The notes under the pieces were generated by a model. The model did no database searches. It was not told the origin of the DNA and saw only the letters and a program-made list of their open reading frames with translations. This document shows positions 37,385 through 51,345 of a stretch of 64,000 nt of DNA, piece by piece. Every line of letters starts with the position of its first letter. Position 1 is the stretch's first letter. The position numbers were made by a program, and so were the translations under genes. The DNA comes from Macrostomum lignano (lineage: Eukaryota): contig NIVC01003252.1 in NCBI GenBank assembly GCA_002269645.1, positions 40,108 through 104,107 on the forward strand. Direction: 5' to 3'.

Positions 37385-40300
37385 TTTATCTTTAAAAAGG
37401 AGGGAGCGCTTTGTTTTCAGTTGGATTGTCAATGACTTTTATATTCATCGTTGTGCCTGTAACCATGGAATTAATTTCTAGATGCATAGGTCCACTGGCC
37501 TATTGTCCCACACCATAGGGAGGCTGTTGGCTCAAGACTCTAGCACGATTTTTCTTCATGCCGTTCCTGTTGTGTAGGTCACGATTGCTTCATAATTTCC
37601 AGAAATCAGCTTCTAAACAAAGCTTGAAGCGGATTAAAACAGCAAGAGATTTTCTTCCGGTATTTTTTACTTTCAAAACAAGACCACCAGTTTTTTTCAG
37701 GTGTTTACAGGGCTTCTCCGCGTCAAACGTGAATTTAAACGCTGCAAGATTTTATTTATTTATAGGGACTAAAACTGAAGCTGTTGTACACTGTTTTTGT
37801 GCAGTGGGTAGCACGTAAAATCTACTACTACTGCAAACCCATGCAGGTTAGAAGAAAACCCTAAGCAAAGATTGATGACAAGCCTTGCCGATTCTATACA
37901 AAAATTCTGATCCCAGGGCACTTGCTGTATTGACGTGGTGCAATAAACCATTCACAAGACAATTACATCATAGCCCGGTCGATAAACATACGCAAAATTG
38001 CATTGGAAGCTCGCCTCCCACCGGCTTGTCTTCTCTACCAGCCAATCGTACCAGACAGTACTCATACTCTCAAAGAGCGAGGCTAAATACTAATATATAT
38101 TACTTGAAAATCTTCAAAGAATTCTGGCGCTCTGCTAAGATATAATGTCTTAGAGTAAACTTCACTTAACCATTCTGGCAAATGAATTTTCAGCGCAAAT
38201 TCAATGCTGCTACTCAGTAGTAATATAAGCGCTCTGGAAATTTAAGAAAAGAGAAGCCGAAAATTTGAGAATCAGAAGCGCGATTAACAAGAATAGACGT
38301 AATTCAGAAGTAATTGCTTTTATATAAATATACGCAAAGTTCGGTCAAGATGAGTTGTTAAGTATTTTTAAGTATCATTTGAATGTATGTGCTTTTTATA
38401 ATGTATCCTGCGTTCCTGGAAAGTATCCATTAATTATTTTAGTCAGTGTTTATTCAGTAGTGCGTTTTCTTTTCCGCGATACATACTGTACGTACTTTAT
38501 TGCAATTGTTTTACTGTATGTTAATTCCTATTGTATTTGAAACGCGAATGCGCTGTGTTTGGTGTTAGGGTTCCTAGGCGCCGTGGTAGTTGTAGAGTAG
38601 CGTAGTCATTCCAGAATTCGAGTCCATCCAGTTTAAATAAAATATCATATTTTACTGCACAAATAGATTATAAAAATATATATGAAATAAATTAAGGCGC
38701 ATTTCACCCACCAAGCAAGGACGCATTCCTTCATTCATCTGTCATCACAACGAATATTGTTTAAATTTTTCGACTTTAAGGAAGTTTATTTTACAGAGTT
38801 ACAATTCAAATTTAATTCTTCAAATGAGGTTTAGCTAGTTTATTATCTGCTATGATCGAATTCTTGATACGATATATATTTACCTTTTTTAAGTAGCAAA
38901 ACACTGTTTGATAAACTTTGTACTAGTTTTGTACTGACTTACGTGTATAAAATACACTAATAATCCAAATAAGGCAAATCCTGCAAACTGATAATTCAGA
39001 CACTTATTGGTCCTTGAAGACAGCCATCAGAAATTATGGCGGGATATTGTCAAAGCAATTCCCGGCCCCATAAGCCTGAAAATCTCATCAATTCCTCCCA
39101 TGAGCCACAGCATTTTAATAATTACCCAATGAACCTCGACAATTCATGAATTCCCCATGACATCTTAGCAATTCAACCCATAAGCCTTAACCACTCAGCA
39201 TTTCACTTTCTCTGAAGAAAGCCAAAAAGTTTTATTTTATGGGTGACTGACATGGCACTTTTTAGGCTTGCCATGGCGCAGTTTTAAGAAGTAAAAATGC
39301 AGAAAGCCACTGTTAATGCCGAATTCTGGGCAATTCTGGGCGATTCTCAATTATTCTTATAATTTACAAGAAACTGCAGCAGAAATCAAACGGTTTTAAC
39401 AGAGCCTATCGAGACCTACGAGATCGAAGCGAATGAGCCTAGAAAAGTTGTCGGCGAGAGGAAGTGGCAACAGGAGGAAATGCTGCTTTCCTGGTTCAGC
39501 CACGGCCAACAAGCGAAGAAATGTACGAGTATTTTTAGCTGGGGCAAACAATGTCCGCTCCTTGTCGCACAGATCTGAAAGGAGGGAAGCCTATAGAATC
39601 GGCATCAGCTTCGCAGCTTCCTGAGAAAAAAACCTTCTCTCTCGCGGCTTAATTGTCAGAGAGACAAAGATTCGGAGCGAAGACACAAAACAATTTCCGT
39701 TGATTGTCTTGTAAGAAGCAAGAAGATGGAGCAATAATTTTTAGCTCGCAGCAGTCGGAGTGGCTGAGCTCAGGCTGAACTGCTTTGCTCAGCCCAGTGT
39801 TCAAAGTGAGTCAAAATTCACAGTAGCCAAAACCTGAAATGAAAAATAGAAACAGGACCAAGCAATCAAGCAGTCTTATTTAAACAAAATATGTAGTTCT
39901 TAGCCTACATAATTACTTATACTATGGTAAATAAAAAGCGCGTTCTTTAAGAACTTCACAAGGGCGCTAGAATAATTCAAAGTGACGATGACGATCCTCG
40001 AATGAGCAGGCTGTCGCGATTGGAGCCGCAGTGTGGGATACTTTTTATGGGCCAATCGCTCATGAGCTCGATGATGCTCAGGTGAAAGCAGCGAAGATGA
40101 CCGAGAGGAAGGTAGAGTTTTTAGTATCCAGGAGCATGTTGAGCTGTCTGCAACTGCATAAAGTCAAAATATTAATGAAAATTTCAAGTGCGCTATTTGG
40201 ATTTCGAATACAAAAACTTTTAGAAAATTTTGAGAATCTGAACTATAGAACGGAATTTACTGATAAGTCAATTGTATTCCTGACCTGAAAACGATCGATA

Positions 40301-40577
40301 CAATAAAATTGTTAAAATTTGCATCCATTTGCATATAAAACAAGCAAATTTTGTTTTTTTGGAAGAGCTAGCTCATATCAAAAAGAAAGTATGGTCAAGA
40401 GTTGCTCTCAAAATTTGGGATATTCTTTCTGTTTATTCATAGATGAGCGTACAGAGCATTATTTTATATGTACATACATCATACATAATTAAAGCTTGAA
40501 TGCTGGTAGAGTCGCTCGCTTGGCGAGAAGAATAAATAGAAAGCTTAATATCAACATTTGAGTGTGATTTCAATTTC

Positions 40578-40629
40578 TAACAACTTCAACGCGTTTCGCA
40601 CGCCATGGTGCATCGTCAGGATTTTATTA
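40578..40629 (-). ncRNA. Minimal hammerhead ribozyme motif (left arm)
   Basis: Reverse complement of the motif at 41561-41612. Confidence 0.6.
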
Positions 40630-41560
40630 GAACGATTTGAGAAATTGAGATTGAAAGCGATTGATAAATATTGGTTTTTGCAACGTACACAGGTAAGAAA
40701 GGTAAGATTGAAAACAATTGATTACAACTTGGCTTTAACAACATACATAGGTATAGTAGGTAGGAGAGAGAATTATACTCGTAGATTGAGATTGAAAGTT
40801 AAACCAAATGTACACAATTCTTGTCCAGTGGTCAAAAGGCAGAATCAGGGGCGGTAGCTAGCTTAGGTAATTGAACGTCAAGCTAAGTGTACACAGCGTG
40901 CACGACTGTGTCACTCACTGTTCAGAAAACGCGGAGAACGTGACCTGCACCACTATGTTGTAATTGGGTGTTGAGATTCGGGGTCTGAGCTTTTATGTGC
41001 AGGGCCTCGAGAATTCTAAGTTTGGCGTCAGTATGGCTTTGGTCAATGATTTTAAAGTGTTCTTCTGGTTTGCAGTCTCACCTCACAAACTCACCTCCTT
41101 GAATGCACTAACTGCAATGACTGCAAACCAGAAGAACACTTTAAAATCATTGACCAAAGCCATACTGACGCCAAACTTAGAATTCTCGAGGCCCTGCACA
41201 TAAAAGCTCAGACCCCGAATCTCAACACCCAATTACAACATAGTGGTGCAGGTCACGTTCTCCGCGTTTTCTGAACAGTGAGTGACACAGTCGTGCACGC
41301 TGTGTACACTTAGCTTGACGTTCAATTACCTAAGCTAGCTACCGCCCCTGATTCTGCCTTTTGACCACTGGACAAGAATTGTGTACATTTGGTTTAACTT
41401 TCATTCTCAATCTATAATTCTCTCTCCTACCTACTATACCTATGTATGTTGTTAAAGCCAAGTTGTAATCAATTGTTTTCAATCTTACCCTTCTTACCTG
41501 TGTACGTTGCAAAAACCAATATTTATCAATCGCTTTCAATCTCAATTTCTCAAATCGTTC

Positions 41561-41612
41561 TAATAAAATCCTGACGATGCACCATGGCGTGCGAAACGCG
41601 TTGAAGTTGTTA
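41561..41612 (+). ncRNA. Minimal type I hammerhead ribozyme motif (right arm)
   Basis: CUGACGA, an extra U, stem II GCAC/GUGC with loop CAUGGC, GAAA, palindromic ACGCGU stem III and a GUU cleavage triplet; helix I is weak. Minimal hammerheads are an established feature of Penelope-like pseudo-LTRs. Confidence 0.6.
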
Positions 41613-43336
41613 GAAATTGAAATCACACTCAAATGTTGATATTAAGCTTTCTAATTAAAGCTTGCTTTACATGCGTTTACGAGCGTAGGCTCACACCATT
41701 CAGATAGTGCTTTCAGATGAGTTTAGTCCCAATTATTCTTATCACACCCGTTATTTAAAGACTAATTGATTCCAGGGGAATGACAAATTAATTAATTTTC
41801 CCTCCTAAAATTAAAATGTCAATCAGTCGTGTACATTTTGATGCCTTTTCAGTCTCATTCAACGCTCCTTCTACCGCCCTTGAGTATTCTTGTATTGTCC
41901 CACATTATCCTACTAAGCGATGCAGTGCTTATCTTCCATTTTTATCGGCGATTGGCGGCCCGAAACTACCCGTTGCTCGATTACGACGTTAAGTCGGTAG
42001 GACCGATCGCTTGAACGGCGCCTCGCTGAGGAAGGCTGCACCAGTGCGCCCAGTCGCGTGCTAAGTTTGTGGGTGTGTCCTGGTGCATCAGATTCCGGCA
42101 TTTTTGAGAACTCGCAAACAGCCGAATGCCAGCAAGGACTCCTCATGACTCAATACCGCCGCACTCTGTATGCCCTACCGCACCACTGAGCCCAAAGATT
42201 CAAGAATTCAAAATGGGGCTTTCAATGAAAATAAAGAGCCAATCAAAATAAGATTAAAAACAGAGGGAAGAAGCACGGCTGGGACATTTGAGCATTCAAG
42301 TTTCTCAGTCGGATGACGGACAAGGTGGTCCATGGTTTAAAGGCTCGAAAACTTCGACTTCAACACGACAGCTCCAATCTACCCCAACATTCCTTTAGAT
42401 GCCATACAGTCGATATACAGCTGAAGCCGTCTCTTAGCTCTGTTAAAAATACACGGATAATATTATGATAAAATAAGATATTAGGAACTATAAATGATAA
42501 TAATAAGTGAAACACTGAAAGACCTAGCTGATAAATATCGGCAGGTCTGTATCTAAACATCACCATAACTTATTTAACATCCTAGAGCGACGGACACTCC
42601 TTGCATTGCACCGGACCGTCATCTTTGCTCACACCAAAGAAAAGCTAGTTGAATGAATATACTACAGCTACTCCAAGGCAGATGAAGAAATCTGTAGATC
42701 ATTGCATGATTTATAATGATCAGCAGCAATAAGGAGTCGAATTTTTGTTGCTAGATATCAATTTCTACAACCTAATTCTGAGTCAAGCTTTACATCTTCC
42801 TTTTTTCTGAATCCTGATCCGCAGAAAAGTCTCCGTGCTCTGAAAATAAATTAATGGGCTCGCCTCGAAAAAAATCACTTTTACATTGTGCACTGTACTA
42901 ACTCGAACTCTAAAGTTTATAGTTCAGTTCTTCTTAATCCTGCTGGGTGTTATGAGCAACAGGCTAAGAGGAAATTTTTAATTCACAGCAGATCTTCTAA
43001 TAATCTTAGGATTTTTCTTTGTTCAACTATTTTTCAATTATCCTTTTAAAATTGCAAAGAAGCAAAACAATTAAAATATATTTTTTCAGAGTTTTTTAAA
43101 GCCAGGCTTTCATGATAGTTTACCATTTGTTTTGCAAATTCACCGTAAGGACTTACGTCTTCATGCTTTATTTCGAATAAAAGATGTTATAATAGCAACT
43201 TGAGGCTAGTAACAAGCCGCACTGTATTTGACGCACTCATTTTCAGAGGATATTAAGGTGTGAGTCAGTGTTTATTCATAGTTTTAAAATCGTCCTTGAT
43301 CATTAAGAGTCGTCCAAAAAGTCATCGCGTTGTTTC

Positions 43337-44040
43337 TCAGCCACGCTGGTAAAGATTCGAGTCGGGTCCGGTCAGGCTGGCTGGCGGGTAGGCGAACGCC
43401 AGCAGGTGGCAGGCGAGCAGCCGCTTGGAGAAGACGGCGGCCTGGCAGTCGGCGCTGGCGCTGCACTTGGCCAGGCAGTGCATGACGGATGGGGTAGCGG
43501 CCGGCCAGAACGAGGTCTTGCTTGTCTCCACAGTGAGGGCGGAATTCTTCAACAGATTGTAGAAATTGTTTTCTGAAATGGATTTGTTTAGAAATTTCTT
43601 TGTATTAATATTTGTGGTAAAAATTTTCAATATATTTTAACATTACTCGGGTAGGCCAAAGAGAAAATGGAGCTGGTGCCGAAACCTCCGCAAGTCTGCA
43701 GCGAGTTTCCAGCGCACTGCATGTCGCACTTGCTATCGTCAAGTTTTCCATGTAATCCATAGCTTGTGCCGCAGAAGCACTGCTCGCTGAACTGCACTCC
43801 GAAGTAGGGGAAGCCGCCCAGAGAACAGACGTCGCTGCAGAATTCGAGCGACATGTCACCGTTATTTATTATGCCGATATTAGCATCAATGGTGTACAGC
43901 CCAAGCCTGCTCACTCCTTTCAGCGCGGTCAAGTCTCTGTTAGAGTTGTCACCGTCTTGGTAGCATCCGACGTACGAGATTTGAGCAACCCTGCCTGCAC
44001 CACAGGTCAGTAGAGCGCACAGCAACAGTGACTGAAACAT
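43337..44040 (-). CDS. Secreted WSC + PAN/Apple protein, copy I (exons 44040-43647, 43572-43337; about 209 aa; alternative ATG at 44052)
   Basis: Signal peptide MFQSLLLCALLTCGAG, WSC domain, 74-nt GTAATG...tttcAG phase-1 intron, PAN motif HCLAKCSASADCQAAVF...CHLLAF; TATAAAAG at 44126-44119. Confidence 0.9.
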
Positions 44041-46528
44041 GCATATGCTCATTGAGAAGAGCAACTGGCTTTAATTTTTAAGCAAAGTAGTTTAATGCAT
44101 CTCAAGGCGTGTGTTACTCTTTTATAGTTTAGTGAGTACTGGCAGCAGTAATTAGCTGCTTAATTTTTATCCAATCAGCTTTAAGATCGCAGTTTTTTAC
44201 AACAGATAGAAACTAGACGAAGGTATTTGCCATGTTAAGTACTGATTATGACCTAGTTTGGTATTTGTGGCTATTTTAACAGCTAGAAAGCAGATCAACG
44301 TAAACTATAAACATCTGATCTCAGATCTGACTGCTGTTGTTGCGGTTTTTGTGGTAAAATGAGACTGAGAACTGCTTTTAGATAAAAACAGGCGGCATTG
44401 TAGTGTAAACTCACTATGACTTTTATTTTTTGTCCCAGAGGTCTCCATAGTTTTGATAACTTGAGAATTCTAAGCTCTGGGGTCAATGGTGACGTTATCA
44501 AGCAGCAGCTCTCGTATTTGTGCCGTTTCGGCCCTAGGAAGCATAGACATATTTCTATTGTGTCATACTTCGCGGGCCGCATCATTTCATTTCGGCCCGC
44601 TTCTAGATGCAGGGCTAAGCTAAGTATGCAGTTTTCGATATACCATCTTTACCATAGACTATAATCCCGGGCCGAATCGTTGTTTCTGCCCGCAGCGTGG
44701 CTGAGTTCAAAAACTGGGGTGGGGGCTTCGCCCCTACATTTAAACCATAGATAAAATCAACCAGAGTCTGACAAAAGTTAAGTAGTGGATATCAGAATTC
44801 TTCTCATTCTGAATTTAACTTCGTTTTTTGTCAACCTGCTGAGCTAGAGAAAAATGATCAATTTGTCAAGAATTGCGACTATAGATATCTCCGGACTTGA
44901 CACTCTATGGATGAAATCAAGGCTGTAACAGGTCAGTGTATTGTTTTTGTAGTGTGCTAATTTATAGATTATATAAGCATCACTCTAAAGAAACCGATTT
45001 TTTGTAGGTCATCGCTGCGATGAATCCGTCAATCGATACACCAAGCGCATCTCTGAGAAGAGAAAGATCCAGGTTTCTCGCAGTCTTACGGAGGCATTGC
45101 ACTCAGAGTCGAAGATTTCGAAGGTGGTTTTAATGGAGTACCGCCAGACGGAGTACAATGAGCCTGGTTCGTCGCGCAACCCAATAGCTACTCTGGATAA
45201 GGATGGAGCTAAAATTAGCTTTTTTCTTTTATAGAGGCAAGCGGTGAATGGAAGCAAGATATGAACCTGAAACGGACAATTAATTTTCCTACATTGTCAC
45301 ATTAATTTTCTACATTTAATGGTTATTTGTTACAACTTTTAAGTATACGTTAATTACGAGTACATATGTTATACTCAATCGTTCTGGTAAAAGTTTGGCC
45401 ATTTAATAGCCTCACATATCTTCATTTCGGCCCGCGATATGGCCTGCGAAATCTAGACACAATAAACACCTAATTACATTCACACAGTTTCATCCTTGTA
45501 ATTTCAGTTATTTGCTTGTAAACATTTTAGCTCGATGTATGCAGCTACGAGCAGCAGATCGAAACTACAGAAATTTTTTGCTTCCACACATCGTTAACGT
45601 TAACGTTGTAAGCAACGTTGTCAGCAATTTATTTTGATACTTCCAGCTGCAATGCGTGCATTTTCTACAGCTAATTTTAGGACGATTCTGAATATTAACA
45701 TTACTATTATAAGATGTGTATACTAAACTAGAAATTAACTAATTGTTACAATATGCGTTGAAGATATTCAGAGTTTCAGCAAAAGCTGAAAGCGAACATC
45801 TATAGACTTTGAATAAAGCGAAAAATTCAGGCGGCTAAAATTGTGCATTGAACGAGCTAAAGACATTAGTGGACGTTGGGTTGTGGACGTTTTTAGACGT
45901 CAGTTTCCTACGTCTGACGATTTTAAACGTCAAAAATCGTTAAAACTTTCAACGCAGCTATTTGCGTGGTGCATCTGAAGGCTGCGTACGGCTGTTGTGG
46001 ACCATGCCTAGGTTCCAAGCCTCCCCCCCCTCAGTTTGGTTGGCTTTTTTAGCGCGAAGCGGACGGCCTTGATCACGCCAAATGGCGCAACGATTCGTAA
46101 TTCAATCTGCACTAGTTTTTGCCCTGCTCGGTTATAGTGCGTTATGCACTTGTTTTTTGCCCTCCTACCCATTGTCTCGGGTGGCCTCCCCGGTGACCAG
46201 TTCTGGCTGGTTAGGGATAAGTGCTCTGGCCCTTTGTTTGAGCCGTCCCCCCCCCCCGCGGCCTGATTGGTCGTTCGACTGTTTTAGCTGCGCTGGGCAG
46301 CTCCGATTGGCTAGGCGAGGCTTCCCTCTCTGTCACTTACCTCTTTTTCTCTGTCCAAGCTGGTTTGGCGGTATTTATGCGTCCCATTTTACTTAAAAAA
46401 GGCTCTCGCTCGCCGCTCTCGCCATTTTCCTTGCTGCGATTGTATTCCTGTGTTTGTTAAGCGACAAAACCAAAAATAAACAGACGAAGCGCGGAGAAAG
46501 CTTGACAGAGATTAGAGAATATATTCAG

Positions 46529-47229
46529 ACAAGCTGTTGAAACCCGCGGATTTTGAACCCGGGGAATTCTAATCTCCGGAACTACTTTTGCATGTATTCT
46601 GAAATCTAAGGCCATACACAAACAAATTAATAGTAGGATAGAGGTAGACATAAAATGGAGCACATTCGTGTAAAATTAGGGTTTGAGGCAAACGTTGATA
46701 TTGTTGGCTGGGGTACTGCGCAGAATGTCAGGCAATGTCTGTCTGACTCTAAAACATATATTGCTAAACTCTGGTCTCTCCCTGACTCTCCCTACGTCCC
46801 TTGGATCCTTTAAAATTTCTATCGTCTCTTTGTTTCCTTTCTTCTCTCTCATCCCTCGTCTCTCCTCTCTCTTCTCTTCTCTTGTATCTTCCCTCATCTC
46901 TCTTCTGTTTCATCTCTCTTCCCTATTCTTTTCTCTCTCCTCTCCTCTCTCCTTTCTACTTTTCGTTTTCTCTCTGCTCTTCTCTCTCCTCTCTACTCTT
47001 TCGTTTTCTCCCTCCTCTCCTCTCTCCTCTCTCCCCCTCTTCTCTCGTCTCTTCCCTCACATCTTTCCTCTCTCTCTTTCCACTCATCTCTTTTCTTGTT
47101 TTATATCTTCTCTCTCCCCTCGTCGCCCGTCTCTTCCCTCACCTCTCTTCTCTCTCGTCTGCTCCTTCATCTCTCCTTTCTCTTCTTTTATCTTTTCTCT
47201 CTTATCTCTTCTCGTTTCTATCTGCTCTG

Positions 47230-47260
<31 letters not shown>

Positions 47261-47920
47261 CCCTCTTCATTCTCCTATTTCCTCTTCTCTCTCCCTGTCT
47301 CTCCTCTCTCCTCTAGTCTCTGTAATCTCTTCTCTCCCATCTTTCTTCTCCTCTCTACTCTCTCCCCTCCATTCTCCTCTTTTCTCTCCTCTCGCCTCAC
47401 TCACTTCTCTCTCCCTTTGTCTCTCCTCTCGTCTCTGTAATCTCTTCTCTCTTATCTCTCTTCTGTTCTCTCTATTCTCCCATCTCTCGTCTGTTCATTT
47501 TCGTCTCTGCTCTCAGCTCATCCCCCCTCTTTCATCTGTCATCTTTACTGTCTTATATGTTCTCTCATTTTGTCCTCTGTACTCTTTTCTTTCACCTCTT
47601 TTGTCTCCTTACTTTCCTTTCTCCTTTCTTCTCTTCTCTTCTCTTCCCTCTTCTATATACTCTCTCCATCTCTTGTCTCGTCTCTTCTCTCTCCACTCTC
47701 CTCCTTTATCTCTCATCTCTCATTTCTCATCTCTCCTTACACCTCTCTCATTTGTACAACTTTATCTCTTCTCTCTCTTATCTCTCCTTTCTCCTCTTTA
47801 CTAACTCCTCTCTACTCGCTCCTCTACACTCTCCTCTCCACTCGCTACTCTACTGTCTACTCTCTCCTATCTACTCGCTCCTCTACTCGCTCCTCTACTC
47901 TCTCCTCTCTACTCGTTTGC
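46529..47920 (+). mobile_element. HINE-like CT-rich element, copy 3 (3'-truncated)
   Basis: Same 5' end acaagctgttgaaacccgcgg, unique leader and CT tract; lacks the 3' unique half. Confidence 0.7.
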
Positions 47921-48009
47921 CATGCTCTCTGACCTGCTGCCTCGTTTTTCTCATTCTACAGGCCATCCGCGCCAGACTCCCGACCGTTTCAATAAGCACT
48001 CCTTCTAGA

Positions 48010-50200
48010 TATTAGGGTAAGGGTTTAACATAGGTTTAGTTCAGGGAGATGTTCAACAGCCAATTTGTGGCACCCCAGAACGGCTCGCTGGGGGAGTTGC
48101 GTGATGTGCTTTAGGGAGGTTTTAGCTTCCCCTCCTCTGTTTGCACTGCATTATTTGGGGCTTCTTGTTGCGCCCTGAAGCCTATCGATCAGGACCTTTT
48201 TCCCTTGCTGGCCCGTGTACTCATAACTGTAGTTGCGAAACCCGTGGCGGTCGGCTCTGTTGAAACTTTGCTAACTAGACTAGCTGATTTCATACGGTAA
48301 AGGCTCGATATACTGCATCCTACTCAAAAATTTAAAACAATCAGCCCCAAGGAAATTTGCAGCGGCCCATAATAACAGCAGCTCTTGTCGTCTGTTAACT
48401 GCTTGCGCTATTCTGTCTTAATTCTGTCGGTGATGAAGTGGACAGCAAAAACTTCTAAGTGTTTTGTGGCGCCACTAAGTTTTGTGTATTTATTACACAA
48501 ATGACTATATAAGTTTAATGTACGAGTACTGTACTCATAGCGTGATGGCTTGCGTGTTACAATATAAATTGATATGATTTTCACCGGCATTTTCTGTCGT
48601 AAATCCTCCCTAATCAACTTCTTCTAATTTATAACTACGACACGACATTTTTGCCAACTCAGATTAGACTGCCAATTAATAGAGTGCTTGCTTCTATTCA
48701 ACGCTAACCTGTTCATTCCGACGACTCGCCGATGAAAGCTGTATCAAAAATGCGTCCAGACGCGGGTGAAGTCTGTGTTGGTTGCGTCCTGACGCATCGG
48801 ATTCCAGGACCCGTCTATCGTACTCAGTACTGTACCCTGTATGCCGTACCGCTACGCTTAGGTCAAGAATTCAGGGATGCAACATTTTCTGCGCAATAAA
48901 GCCAAACGATTGTGGGTGCAGTACGAATCTGAAAGACAGCTGAAGCTCTGATGAAAATGGACTTGAGATGAAATTAAGATTCAATCAAAGCGGGATTTTA
49001 AAATAAACAGACAGGGTAGGCGCATGGATGTGCTATTTATGCAAACAAGCTTTCTATTCCGATGATGGACACACGGAAGTGATTTTGAGTCTCAAATGTT
49101 GCCACTACAACCCCAGATTTCCTATCAATACCATACAGTCAGTCGATATCCAGCAGTAGATTTAATATACACCTGCATTGGCATCGGCAGGTCTGCATCT
49201 AAAAGTCACAGTAATTTCGCCAACAGTGATGGAGTGACAGATACTTCTTGCATCACGCCAGGCCCTCTTTGTCTACGCCAAAGTAAACCTCGTTGAAGAT
49301 TCTACAGCTACTCCAAGAAAGCTGAGTATTGCGGACATGATTTGGAATGATAAGCAGCAATAAGCTGTTCTTGAGTGGCTAAATATCAGTTTCTCCATCC
49401 GTACGTCTTCGACGCTCAGTCTGCCATGCTGCCCAATCTTGGAGTGTATTTTAGGAAATAGGAAATACTTTCTGCAGTCCCTTGAATCTGTCATGAGACA
49501 AGATTTTGGGATACTATTGTGAAAGGTGTTTTAACTTCCTCTGGCCCATAAAAAACCGAAAGAAGTTCTGCAGTAGCGCATGTCACAATCGAACTTCACA
49601 TGGTCTTTATTTTTTTAATCGTCATCCTTGCAGCAGTATCTATCTTCTGAAAAGTAATATGCAGTGTGTGTATCATGGGCTAACCTAGTAAAAATCGCTG
49701 TTCCGAACATGCTCTGTACTGACGCCATTGAAGTTTAATAGTTGAGTCCTCCTGTCACCACAAATAATTTCGACTTCACCCAACAATATATTATAAGCCA
49801 CAGTCTAAAAAGCAAATTTATCGTTTTTTCTACCTATATTTTTTGCATGACGAAAATCTTACAGCTCGTAGCTTTCAATAACATATCAAATAATTTTGCT
49901 GCTCTGCCATGTGAGACAACTTTACTAGCCTGCAGACTGCCTGAAAACTCATCTTATAATATTGTGAAATAAACTTCTTACGAGACTTGAGATTTTAGTG
50001 TAGGCTCGAGATTAACGTAAAGATTTCCCGGCATCGGGATTCGCAGCAGAATCCATGACGCTAATTTCTTAGTACTGAACGCGTTACGGGAAGGCAGTAG
50101 GTAAAAAGCGTTCAATGAATTTCTTGCTTTTTACTGCATCCAATGTTTAATATAGAATATAACACACACTTTACAAATATTTTGAGGTTTACTCTACCAA
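48010..50200 (+). repeat. Diverged direct duplication, about 2.2 kb, copy 1
   Basis: Colinear similarity with about 58230-60235, e.g. gttcaacagccaatttgtggcacc, gcgtcctgacgcatc, gccaacagtgatggagtgacagat, gagccacagtctaa; a partial third match at about 42650-42780. Confidence 0.75.
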
Positions 50201-51345
50201 CGTGACTGCCATCGTCTAGGAGACAAAGCCAGTTCTTTGCTGACTCGATCAGCCGGTTGCTTCTCTGGCAGGGCAGGGCGCCGATCGACAGGTGCTCTCC
50301 GAGAGCGCAGAGCAGGCCGCGAAATGGGATCAGCAGTGCTGAGCACGGTTGGTTTCAGCCGGTGCTTTGCCCACCCAATCGCAGCGAGTGCCAAGTCAAA
50401 AAGATTAGTCTTTGCTTCTTTCTCGATCACCTAAAAGACGAACGTGCAGGAGCCGAGAGCGCCGGGCCAAGTAGATGGGGTTGACCTAGGCTGGTCCCTT
50501 TAACCGTGTCATCAAAAAGGCCTTTAACTTCCGGCGAAGCCGCTTGACCAATCCATTTTCTTGCGGGTGTAAAGCCGTTTTCCAATGAAGCTGCATGCCG
50601 ACGCGCTGGGAACAGTTTTGTCCAAAGCACCAAAGCAGCGAAGTGAACTGCAGCGAGACCTTGTCCGAGGTCGTTTTGTGTCGCTTGGTAGGTTAAAACG
50701 GGCGATCCAGTTAATTTAAGACTGATTCATATTCAACTCCTGAAGAGTCGGTCGCTAGGATCGACTCCGGCCACCGAATCAAACGGTCTACAGTTCTAAA
50801 CAGGTGTGAGAAACCATGTAACTGCAGCTGGATGTCCTCCGATATAAAAACTAGGTGTCACTGCTGCATAGAGCCGATTGCATGAAGAAAGTATAAGTGA
50901 CAAGGGAAAATTTGACAAGTTGACAAGTGACAATGATTTCGGTTTCATCCATGAGTTTTCAGCAGCGCCTTCTCAATATGACCATGGCTAATTTGGGAGT
51001 CCGATTACTGGCTTCATATCCCACTCGCCAACCTTGTGACAATTAAAAGTTTTCCTGTGAGGACAGAAATACCTGACAGTTTTGTCCCATCGAAGCACAT
51101 TGAGCTGTGTTATGAATTTCGCATAGCAGCGGCTGAGCTTCCAGTCAATTGGCAATTGAAGCTGTGAGTTGCCGTAGACAGCTGTTTCCTCCGCGTCTCT
51201 GTCGCCATGACAACCAAGTGATAGACATTGTCCATACAGCCAATCAAGGCAGCCGCTGCGGATGAGGGAGAGAGTATTAAGCCGGCTGTACTTCCCTGGG
51301 ATGCCCGAACCCAGGCAAGTGCCACCGCTGCAGTTCCCAGCAAGA

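Larger units (their letters stand above)
40499..41653. mobile_element. Penelope-like element 3' end in head-to-head inverted duplication
   Basis: Arms 40537-41077 and 41119-41653 are near-perfect reverse complements with a 41-nt spacer. Encodes HLLECTNCNDCKPEEHFKIIDQSHTDAKLRILEALHIKAQTPNLNTQ..., typical of the C-terminus of the PLE GIY-YIG endonuclease. Direct repeat taattaaagcttg at 40486-40498 and 41652-41664. Confidence 0.85.

Noticed and set aside
39055-39190. Degenerate repeat of about 30 bp (aattc..cccat.agcc)
   Set aside because: Too decayed to define a unit or function.
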